NCBI GenBank assembly: GCA_964521295.1
Contig: CAZFRF010000001.1
Span: 850,066 to 914,065 of the forward strand
DNA: 64,000 bases
Reading direction: 5' to 3'
From: an uncultured Gammaproteobacteria bacterium
Lineage (GTDB): Bacteria; Patescibacteriota; Microgenomatia; Levybacterales; UBA12049
Each line of letters begins with the position of its first letter. The first letter of the stretch is position 1. Positions 1 to 12,000 of the stretch are shown here, piece after piece. Position numbers and translations under genes: made by a program. The notes below the pieces were generated by a model. It was not told where the DNA came from, ran no database searches, and worked only from the letters and a program-made list of their open reading frames with translations.

Positions 1-3000
1 TATATCTTTCTTGATCTCTAGATCCACTGGAGACTTGAACTGTTCCATCATAATCTTCAATGGCTCTTCCAACAACCCTACTGCTTTTAGTCGCTTTCAT
101 TGCAACTCCAGGTACACTTGATGAAGTTAAGTAGTCATTAGTACGAATTGGACCATTTTCTAGGGACACTTTTACAACAACTCTTCCCGCGAGTCCAATT
201 GCTTGAGGATAGTGATCTTCAGGAATAGTTGAGTCTCCTAATACATCTCCATTTGGTCCAGTTGGAATTGTTGAAACAACTCCGATTAAGTTTTGATCAT
301 ATGGAGTAGTTGGCTTGACAACTTGATATTTAAATCTGGCATCAGAACTGGCAACTAAGCTAACTAAATCTCCAGGTTCCATGTCTTCCGTTCCTGGATA
401 ATACTCAGCTATATCAGTTGCAGATCCATTACAGTCATTAATATTTGAATCGGCTTGAGCACCGTTTGTGCCATGGCAAAACGCAAATGTGCCGGATACA
501 TTTTGGATATCTAGTTGTATATTTCCTTCAACATCGAGTCCGCCTGCACCAATTCCAACTTCGCCTCCATTATTATTGAGCCATAGTTTTGATGTGGTTC
601 CATTGAGTCTTGCCTGCAGCTCATTGTTATCAAATCCTACATTTTGGCCTCCAGTGTCTCCGATTATAAATGTTCCAGCATTGGATAAAGATACGTCTGG
701 ACCCCAAGTTATAGCCAGCTGAGCTCCAGGATTACTTGTTCCTATGCCTACATAGCCATTATTAGCAATAGTTAAAGCAACGTTACCTATTCCTGCTCGA
801 TATACGGTTGATAGTGAAGCGGCTGATTCACCTGATCCTCCGACTGCAAAAATATATGAATTTCCGTTTACAGTAACTAGTGTAGTTCCAATATAGGCTA
901 CGTTTTGAGGAAGTTGCGATTGTCCTGAGCTCGACCATGTGCCAGGATTACCTGAAGAATCTAAGGCAGTTTTGTATACAGCATTGCTTGATGTAACAGC
1001 GTTGTTATCTCCACTTCCAATAGAATAAATATAAGTTTTATCATTTAAGGTAACTATTTCTGTTCCACCTTCCTGTCTATTCATAGGTAATCCAGTCACT
1101 GAGCTAAATGTTCCTAAGGTACCGTTGGATGGATTAACAGCTGCTTTATACACAGTACTGCGTCCTTGGGAGTCTCCACCGCCCACATAATAAACATATG
1201 TACTACTTCCAATAGTTGCACTAACAGCTCCACCGCCACCTCGATTGGCAAGTAGAGGAGAAGTGGTAGAGAATGTTCCTAAGGTACCATTACTATTAAC
1301 AGTTGCTTTATAAACTGTAGATGTAGGATTGGTGTTTACAGCGGTTGAATTAAATCCTCCCATTGCGTAAATATAGGTTGTTCCTCCAACAGTTGCAGTT
1401 GTGACAGCTGGTTCAAGTCTGGTTGCAAGAATAGGAGAAGTTGTTGCAAAAGTTCCTGGATTACCATCACTGTTGCTAAGCGTTGCGTAATAAGCGGTTG
1501 ACTGAACTGAGCCACTTGATCCACCAATAAGATAAACATATGTACTTGATCCAATAGTTGCGGTTGTTGCGCCTCCTCCCCAGCGTATGCCTGGTAATGC
1601 ATTGGCGGTTGAACTAAATGTTCCTGCGTTACCAAAGGTTGCATCAACTCTGGATTTATAAACGGTAGAGAGGCTTGTTCCACCACTGTTTTGTCCCCCT
1701 AATGAGTAAATATAAGTTGTTCCGTTTACACTAGCGCTTGTGATTGAGCCAAAAGTATCATTTAGGGCTTGGGGTAATTGACTCTGATTTGCTGTTGAAA
1801 AACCATCTCCTATGTCTCCATTTCCTTCAGTTCCACCTGGTGAAACCATGAAATTTAATTTACTACCATTTAGTACATAGTTGCTAAAATTATTTGTTCC
1901 ACCGCTGTATGCTAAATTACCAGAAATAGAAGCTGATCCAGCAACATCAAGTTTTGCTTTTGGAGTTGTTGTTCCTAAGCCGAAATCACTATCTAAGATA
2001 TATGAACTATCTCCGCCCCAGGCAACTAAATGAACTTTTTTAGAACCAGTAATATATAAGTCTAAGGAACCGTTACCATTTGAGTCTGTGTTAAGAGTAA
2101 AGGCTTTGTTAGTTCCTGTCGTTGTGTCATAACCTTCAACTAAGGTTGGAGCCCCAGCGCCTACAGCTTTTATAGAAAGATACCCGGATGGTAGAGGATT
2201 GTTGATACCTACTTTACCTGCATTAGTGATAACGAATCTAGATGTTCCCGATGAGGAGGCTGCGAAGATGTCTTGATTTTCTATCTGATCAAGAATTGTT
2301 AAAGATTTGCCTGTCGTGCCTGCGGATAAGGCTCTTGTAACATAGAGTTCGGAAGTTGGGTTTGTGGTTCCCAGTCCAACTAGGCTATTTCCCGTCAATC
2401 TCAATACTTCTCTGAATGCGCTCTGATTATATCTTGTATTAAAGGTTAATGCAGAATCAATGCTGCCGTTACTAGAATCAGTAAGTAGAGCATTTATTGT
2501 TGCTGCTTCTCTTATTGTACTGCCATCATCTTCTAAATTAAATTCAAGTCTTGCTCCAATTCCATCCGCTGCGGTTCCGGTTGAAGACCTTGTTAGGTTA
2601 AGTACTGTAAGAGCAGTATTTGTCGACGCATCGTTATTAACTATTTCCATGATGCCTCCACCACCTATGCCATTGGGACTAGCGGTTCCCACACCAACTT
2701 CTCCTGCAAAATAATTATATGTTCCCGCATCTGAAGAATAGATAGAGTAAGGTGTATTAGTTTGTGTTCCAGCGGTTAAATCTCCGATATATACTCCATA
2801 AGTATTAGTAATTGTTCCAGAATTTCCAGATAGGGTTAATGATAAACCCCTTACTCCAGCAACCGTACCTGTGTCGCTATTGCCAATAGTGCCTCCAATA
2901 GCTATTAATGAACCAGTTGTGTTTTGAGTTGAAGCACTATGATTTTCAGCTGCAGCATCTAGTGCTAAATATTGTCCTGAACAAGCAACTGATGTGCAAA

Positions 3001-6000
3001 TGTTTTGCAAGAGAACTCGAGAGGTGGATTTACTTGTTGCATCTGTACCTTGGTTGTAAAAATATGTTCTATATATACTTGAGGGTGCTATTCCAACTCC
3101 AAGACTTCCGTTTACAAAGAGTCCATCACTTAAAGGTGTAAAAGTTGTGTTTGTAGCACCATTTGTAATGGTTGCATAGGTTGTTCCATTGTCCTTAAAA
3201 ATTACATCATCTCCAGCAGCGTCTAAAATGATATCTCCTGAAGAATCTAGAGTCATGTCTCCTGTAGAATTTAAGGTAAGAGTGGTAGTTGGTGAAATAG
3301 TTAACGATCCATCAGTTGTAATGTTGTCACCATTAACTGCTAAGTTGCCAACTAGAGTAAGGGCACCGGCTCCACTTAAGGTCATAGCAGTAGTTGTTCC
3401 TCCATACCATTTGAACTGTTGGCCAGTTGTACTTACGGTAGAGAACATTGTTCCAGATTCAATACCTAAAGTGTAGCCAGCAGCAGATCCACTTAGATCG
3501 TTATATAAAACAATTTTTACTCCAGAGCTATAATTTGTGAATGTTGGTGCGGCAACACCTGTGGTGTTAAAGTTAATTCTATCTGAAGTTATCGAAATAT
3601 CTCCACCACTTGGATTAATTGTTAAGTCTCCACCTGAGTTAGTAGTTAAATCTGCATAGTTTGTAGCAGATCCATTACTATCGTTATATGTTAGTCTTAG
3701 GTTAGTTCCACCAGATGAATTAATTTCTAAGGCTCTATCTGGAGCAGTTGTGCCTACGCCAATATTACCGTTTTGTAAAATTGTTAGCATGTTTTGCATG
3801 GTAATTGCTCCATCTGCGGCTCCTGCAGCATTTGATATATTAAAGCTCATGGTTCCAGTTGAGGGGCTAACGTTAATTTCGCCTCCATAATGAGCTGTGC
3901 TGCCTTGGCCAAATTTCCAACCACTGTTGTAATACGCATTAAAACCAACAGTTGGATTGGATGCGACTGTATATAGAGGGAATGATGATCCAAATTTTCC
4001 AAATGTATTTCCAGTTGCTTTTTCTATATCTAGAGCTACTTCTGGAGAAGTTGTGCCAATACCAACTTTTCCCGTAGAGCTTTCGATCATCATGTCTGCT
4101 GTTCCTGCAGCATTTGCTGCAAACCAAAGATTTTGCTGTGATCGAACAAAGACATCATATTGAGAGCTTCCTGTTATATAGGCGCCAGCTGTGCCAATAA
4201 TTCCAAACCAGCCCTTATCTGTTCCGACAGAATTTTTAAGTCCATAAAGAGTGTTAGTAGTAGCAGATGGTTGAGTTAAAGTAAGGTTATTGGTTACATC
4301 AACACTACTTGGAGTATAGATTTGTTGATTATTATATAAATATCTCCAATATCCTCCAGCTGGAATTCCGCTTGTAACTGTTCCTGCACCTGTATAGCCA
4401 TAACCGTCACCTGTATAGGTTATATGCATAGCAGCAGATCCTAAGGCTCCAGACTCACCAAGGGAGATATATGCTCCTTGAGATGTCCAGTTATCACCAG
4501 TGCTTAATGAATCTAAGACTAGTCTAGGTTGGGTTGCATCTGTGTCAGAAAGTACGTTATTTGCTGAGTTATATGTTCCTCCGATAGCATCAATGTTGCC
4601 AGTGACTGCAAGATTTGAAGAGGCGTCTAGTGTCATGCTTGTTGTAGTTCCTCGTCTGTCCCAGCTATATGCATCATAAGTATTAAAGACCATCGTGCTG
4701 CCTTTAACTCCAAGTCCATATGAATTTCCTGCTGTTGCGTCGGAGTATAAGAGAATTTGATATTCAGCAAATGTATCTAGGAATCCAGTAGCGACATTAT
4801 TTCCTAAAGTTAATTTTGCATCAGGAGTTGAATCTCCAATGCCCAATTTATTAGCAGAGTCATCCCAGAAGAAATTAGTATTGTCTTGTGAAAGAACTCC
4901 ACTAGTTCCAGCGAATACCACACTTCCTGGAGTCAAGGAGGTGTCGATTGATCCTAGATAGGTTGTGCCTGCAACTTCTAAATCACCTGTTACATAAAGA
5001 TCATCTCCTGCAAGGTCAACTATTCCTGGTGTTCCAGTTCCTATTTTTACTCCACCACCAGCTGCGTCTATTGTTAAATCACCAGATGAGGTAAGTGTAT
5101 TACCTGAAAGATTTAATGTTCCTGCTATGTCGTTTGATGTGCCATCAACATCTAGGTTACTTGATACATTTAGTGCCCCTGTTAAGGTTAACAATGCGCT
5201 AGTTCCAGCTAAGGTTGGTCCTGCGCTTCCTAATTTTATACTTCCTCTTGTTGTGTCAGACGAAGAATAAATACCCAAAGTATTGGCAACGTCAACGTCA
5301 GTTAAGAATGTGTCATCTCCAATCTTAAGCATTGATGTGCCTGCAGCTTTTCCATTGTCTGAAATATCTAGTCCAGTATCTGAGTAAATCCATCCTTCAG
5401 CTCCAATGGAATCAGTTACGAATAAATCATCTCCTGTTAAGCTAAATCCTGCTTGAGAAATAGTTTCTGATAAAGAGCCTACTAATAAGTCTCCATTTAC
5501 TGCTATATCTGCATCTATTAAAGATGCTCTGAGGGAAACTTGATCTATATATAGAGTACAAGCATTAGTTGGATTGTGATTATATATTTGAACAGCAGCA
5601 TGATAAGCATTTGCAGCTGATGTTACCTGTCCACTGTAATTATCCCAAGAGGTCGTAACTGCTCCAGAGTTTGAGTATATATCATTATAGCTTAGATAGT
5701 TTCCCCATTGGTCATACCAGATGACTCTTAAATAGAATCCATCTCCGCATGCTGTATCTACTTTTGCCCAAGTTGAGGCTGTATAGCCTGTGGAAGGGGA
5801 TACGGGTATCTTATATGAGGATATATTTTGTGACTGAGTATCTGAGCCAGTATTGGTTAAGTATAATCCCCATGCACCATCGTGATTTGCACTTTGATTA
5901 GCAATTCTTCCTCTTGTACCAGTTCCAGCTGAGTTCCAATTATCTGCTATACCTAATCCTCCAGCAAAGGTTTCGAAGCTTGGATTTGCGAGCATGTTTG

Positions 6001-9000
6001 TGTTATTGTATGGGGCAGGTATTGCTGAGTGAGATGCAACTGCAAAATCGTTTGCGGCATAAGTTAAGCCAGTAACATTTAAATTACCATCTACATCTAG
6101 ATTACTACCTATCTGGACAGATCCAGGCGTATAAATATTTTGAGTGTTATATGTATATCTCCAATATCCTCCAGCTGGAATACCAGATGTTACAGTTCCT
6201 GCGCCTGTATAGCCATAACCGTTACCAGTATAGGTAATATGCATAGACGCAGATCCTAGTGCTCCACCTTCTCCAATAGAGATATATGCCCCTTGAGCGG
6301 TCCAGTCATCTCCAGTGCCGACTGAGTCTAAAACGAGGTAGGGTTGACTTGCGTTAGCGGTATTACTTATATTGCCAATATTTGTAATATTTCCTGTTGT
6401 GTCTATAGCCCAATCAGATGTAGTTATTGCTCCTGTTTCTCCACCATCACCAAGAGTAAAGATTCCATTTGCATCCAGGGTTCCATTAGCGGTTAGAGTT
6501 CCAGTTGATGTTAATCCTCCTGCGCCAACAGAAACTAGGCCTCCTTCTGCATTAAGGAATAGTGTACTTGCTGTAGTTCCTGCAGTTCTAGCCATAATTT
6601 CATTACCATCCATTGTGATGTTGTCACCAGCAGTGTCGCCAAGAATTAATGCGCCTGAAAGGGCAGTTGCTAATGAAGAATCTCCAGTATTATTTAATAC
6701 AACTTGTCCACCACTTGGATCAATAGTTAAATCTCCACCTGAGTTGGTAGTTAAATCTGCATAGTTTGTAGCAGATCCATTACTATCATTATATGTTAGT
6801 CTTAAATTTGTTCCACCAGATGAATTAATCTCTAAGGCTCTATCTGGAGCAGTTGTTCCAATACCAACATTACCACCTATAGGATTAAGAGATAGCGCTC
6901 TTTGAGTTGAGCCATTTTCAACAGATTGAATCCAGGAGTACATTGTAGATGTATTGTCTACTCCCATTGCCAATCTCATTGCTGTTGTACTTCCTGTAAT
7001 TAGGGAACTACCTAATTCTCCTGCTGGAGTAGTTGATCCACCAGCAACGTGTAATTTAGTTAATGGTCCTGTTGTGCTAATGCCTACATTTCCAGCGAAA
7101 TAGTTTTGATCAGTAGAGCTATTGTAAATAGAGTATGTGCCTGTTGGAATTGAGGTAGAGCCAATTACTAAGTTCGATTGATTTGTTCCCGTAGCTTCTC
7201 CAATTAAGATACCTGCATTATTAGTTCCGGTAGTTAAGCCTCCAACTTGAATACCCATTTGATTCGTTAGGGTTCCAGTTACAGTACCATTATTTATTCC
7301 ATAATTAATACCATTGGTAACAGTGTGTCCTGTTGCTGAATCGATTCTACTCCAAAGTCCATATGCATTTGTGGTAGTCCCTCCGTTACCAGCTCCTGTT
7401 ACTAATGATAGTAGGCCAATTAAATTTGCTTGCGTTCCAGTTGTATGAGTAGCTCCTGTGTTAAGTCTTAAATTTTGTTTTAAGCCTGTATCTGCAGCTG
7501 AGTAATTAATAGTAGAGTATATACCAAATTGCTCAGTTGCTGTGGCTGAGCCCCAAGTCTTAGCAACAGAAAGTCTAGTTGTAGATCCAGGAGCAGCAGT
7601 ACCAATTCCTAAAGAATCATTCGTGTCATCATAGAATAGGCTGGCATTATCCTGTGAAAGAACTCCGCTTGTTCCAGCAAAAACAACGCTTCCTGGTGTA
7701 AGTGCAGTATCAATTCCACCGTCTGTATATAAAACTCCATCGACTTCTAAGTCTCCTTCAACAAACAAGTCATCGTCTCCAGTAGCAGTTCCAGGAGTTG
7801 CAGTATCTCCAACTCTAACATATGAAGTCCCATTAAGTGTAAATGCGGCACCAGTAGTCATTGAAGTTAGAGATGAGGCAGTAATGCCGGTTGTGCCAGA
7901 GAAAGTAAGGCCTGTATTTGTTAAAGTTGTGGTTGCACCAAGAGTAAGTCTACTAGTTCCTGCTGAGTCTAAGATATCATTGCCGTTTACTCTAAAATCG
8001 TCTGCAATCGTAAGTGCTCCTGCATTAGTCAAGCTCATGTAGCTAGTAAGCGCACCGAGGCTTGTTCCAAATCCGAATCTAGCAACTGTTCCTGTAGTAT
8101 CAGTCCATATGCCAAAGTTTCCAGTACCATCTGCTAATCCAATTCCGCCTCCATATGATCCTGAAGCTGTTAATGCAAATGTATCGATGCCATTACTTGG
8201 GTTTGTAGCAGAGGTAATACCAGTAATTTGACCAACTTGTGTTGTACCACCAACACTTAGATAGTTTCCACTTCCTATCACTACATTAGAGCCACTTGGA
8301 TTAATGGTTAAATCTCCGCCTGAATTAGTAGTTAAATCTGCATAGTTAGTTGCAGAACCATTGTTATCATTGTATGTAAGTCTTAGATTATTTCCAGTTG
8401 CTGAATTAATTTCTAAAGCTCTATCAGGTGCTGTTGTGCCGATACCGACATTACCATTGCCCTTTACTGTTAGAAGGTGGGTGAGAGCGGTTCCAGGAGC
8501 ACTTGATATTGGCGTTCCTAAGACTCCAAATACTCCTTGGTTTACATCGTCAGCGCCCAAATATATTGCTCCGGCAGAGGTAATACCTCCGTTATTTGAT
8601 CTCAAATAAACTTCATTAGCTGCTCCTACTGCATTTTGAACATTTACTCCTATTACCTTAGCAGCATATCCAACACCTGTATTTACATCTCTACTGTTTA
8701 GGATATATAAATCAGATTCAGTTACTGATCCACCTTGCAGATTTGTTATGAAATCACCGGTGCCACCAGCACCAGAGGTTCCAGTAACTTGAAATTTTGC
8801 AGTGGGATTAGTAGTTCCAATTCCGACTCTTCCATTCCCTGCAATTGTCATAGCGTTTGTAAGTCCTGCGTCTCCGCCGGGAGATGTTTGAAAATCGAGT
8901 CTAGAACCGTTAAGAATATCTATTGTTTGATTAGAGGCAGACTGAAAGACTAAGCTTCCTGATATTGAAGCGTCACCTGTTGTTGCATTAAAGTTAATAT

Positions 9001-12000
9001 TTGAATTTGTATCAGGAGTTGAGTTTGTAGCATTATTTGCTGGATTGCTTGATCCAAAAATACTGAGCCATGTGCCAGTTTTTACAGCTAAAGTGGAATT
9101 AGCTATACCTAAAGCGAATGAATTTGACCAAAGTCCTACCTTCCAGCCTAAGTTTGTTCCTACTGTAAGTGGAGAACCGGTAATTGTGGTATTTCCATTT
9201 GCAGCAATATATCCATTATTGTTAATTAATCCGCCTGTCCCGTTATTTGGTAAGAGAGTAATATTTCCAGTAGTACTTCCTCCAATAGTTAAGGTATTTT
9301 GATCATAGGATTGAATAGATCTACTGGCTCCTTCTAGAACTAAGTTTCCAGAAACTGAAGCAGAGCCATCTAGTCCTAATAAATTGTTTTGATCCATTCT
9401 GATTCCAAAATTTCCATTACTTGACCAAGCTGACGCATAAGTTTGAGATGTAGGAATTTCCTCTAACATGAATCCATCAAAAAGAGCAGTTGTACTTGCA
9501 CAGTTTGCATCTACCCTAATAATTACTGCAGTTGATCCTGAATTAGAGGTAAAGGTGTTGCTAAGTCTAGTCCATGACGAGGTATCTGCTGTTCCTCCTG
9601 CTGATCTATGAGTCCCATCGCTTTCTCTTACATACATTTCTACGCTACAAGTCGTACCCGCAGAAAGCTTAGAATACACAGAAAAAGCATATTTTGTACT
9701 TGGTTTAATTGGTATGTTGTAGCTAGTTGAGGATGTTCCATTTAGGTAAGCATATCCGTCTGTAGCTGATCCATTGGTACTAACTGCTACGCTTCTTGTT
9801 CCGTCATATGCATCTGCGGTACTAATGGTAACTGAAGTTACATTTACATTTCTAGCTGAAGGAATATTTGTTCCATCTACACCTGTTTCCCAAGATGCAT
9901 ATTGATAAGGAAGAATATTTTTACCGGCAATTATTCCAGATGCACCAAGTCCACCAGATATATTTACAAATCCTGAACCATTACTTGGAGATAAATTAAT
10001 ATTTCCAGTAGTGCTTCCACCAATGGTTAAGGTATTGTTTCTAACAGATTGCAATGATCCATTTCCAGATAGATAGATACCTTTTGTTGCATCTGATCCT
10101 GCAGTTGCTGAAACAGATGCTATTGGTGTTAGTGTTCCTGCTATATTTAATACTGCAAACTGTGCAGAACTTGTTGAATTACCTCCAACTAGTAAATCCA
10201 TGGTGTTATTAATTGGAGTTAAAGCTTTACCATCAGTAGAGGTTGTCCACCAGTTAGTGCCTAATGCGCAATTTACCCAGGATGCAGTTGCTCCGCCAGC
10301 TATACATTGAGATCCTGTTCCATAATTTAATCCATTAGATCCAAGAGAAATTCCACCAGCTCTAGTTATGGTAAAGACTGGAGTGCCTGATGCTGAAGCG
10401 GTGAAAATATCCTGATTTTCAATCTGATCAAAAATAGAGAGAGCTTTACCTGTTGCTCCAGAGGCAAGTGGCCTGCTTACATATAGTTGAGATGTTGGTA
10501 CTGTATTACCAACTCCAAGTCCAACTAAACCAGTATTGGTGATAGTAAGTCTAGTATTTGATCCCTGATAGATTCTAAAATCATCTTGATAAGCATCTAA
10601 GTTATAGGCATTAACTGTGGTATCGTAATCGGCTGCGGTGTATAGAATAACTTCTCCTCCTTCAGAGCTTCCTGTTCCATTACCATAAGCGTGAAATAAT
10701 CCTCCAGTAGTATCATTGACACCAGCATATATATTGCCATTTTGTGAGGTAAAGGCTCCTGATGTTATTAAATCTCCGCCACTAGGATTAATTGATAAAT
10801 CTCCACCTGAATTTGTAACTAAATCTGCATAGTTAGTTGCAGAACCATTGTTATCATTGTATGTTAATCTTAAATTAACTCCAGTTGCTGAGTTAATTTC
10901 TAAGGCTCTATCTGGGCCAGTTGTGCCTATGCCAACATTGCCTGCGCTAGGGAAATACATAGCAGTTGAGCCATTAACATTGATACTTAACGGATCATTA
11001 GCACTAGTTATGAATGCAGAATTGTTTCCTTGTCCAAAATCAAAATTTCCAGTAGTGTTTTCTGTTCTTACATAATTATTTGAAGTATCTCCTCCATGTA
11101 ACCAAAGACCTTGATTGTTCCCTGAAGCAAGATATTGCTGCATTGCTCCTCCTTGAACATTTAATTTTGAAGTTCCAGGATTAGTTGTGCCTATGCCAAC
11201 ATTGCCATTCCCTGCAATTGTCATAGCGTTTGTTAGTCCCGCATCACCGCCAGGAGAGACTTGAAAATCAAGCCTAGAACCGTTAAGTATATCTATTGAT
11301 TTATTTGATCCATTAAATACAAGACTACCTGATGTAGAAGCGTCACCATTAATGTCAAGTTTGGCAGTAGGTGTGGTGGTATTTATTCCTAAATTTCCAC
11401 TTGTATCAAATCTCGCAATTTCTGAATTGTTAAGGAAGAAGCTGACAGGATTATTTGTAATGGTTCCAATAACTAATTTCGCATTGTTATTATCCCAATA
11501 AAATCTTCCAGTATTTGTGCCTGTAGAATTTGCTACCAAGAATCCTGATCCACCAGAGCTTGTATTGACTACTCTCGCATATATAGGATTTGTACTTGAT
11601 CCAGAGATATCAAGTGGTTCTGTTGGGCTTGATGTTCCAATTCCAACATTACCGTTTCCATTCCTAGGCATTAAAGCTATATTCCCAGTAGTACTTCCTC
11701 CAATGGTTAAGGTATTGTTTCTAACAGATTGCAATGATCCATTTCCAGATAGATAGATACCTTTTGTTGCATCTGATCCTGCAGTTGCTGAAACAGATGC
11801 TATTGGTGTTAGTGTTCCTGCTATATTTAATACTGCAAACTGTGCAGAACTTGTTGAATTACCTCCAACTAGTAAATCCATGGTGTTATTAATTGGAGTT
11901 AAAGCTTTACCATCAGTAGAGGTTGTCCACCAGTTAGTGCCAAGAGCACCAGCCGCGCAAGTAGATAAAATGTTTGAACCATCATAACAGAGTGGATTGG

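Noticed and set aside
3600-11950. Regularly spaced near-identical DNA repeats could be mistaken for a CRISPR array or a satellite.
   Set aside because: The repeats are 140-240 bp, in frame, and encode conserved protein modules of a single ORF. There are no short spacers or a cas context.
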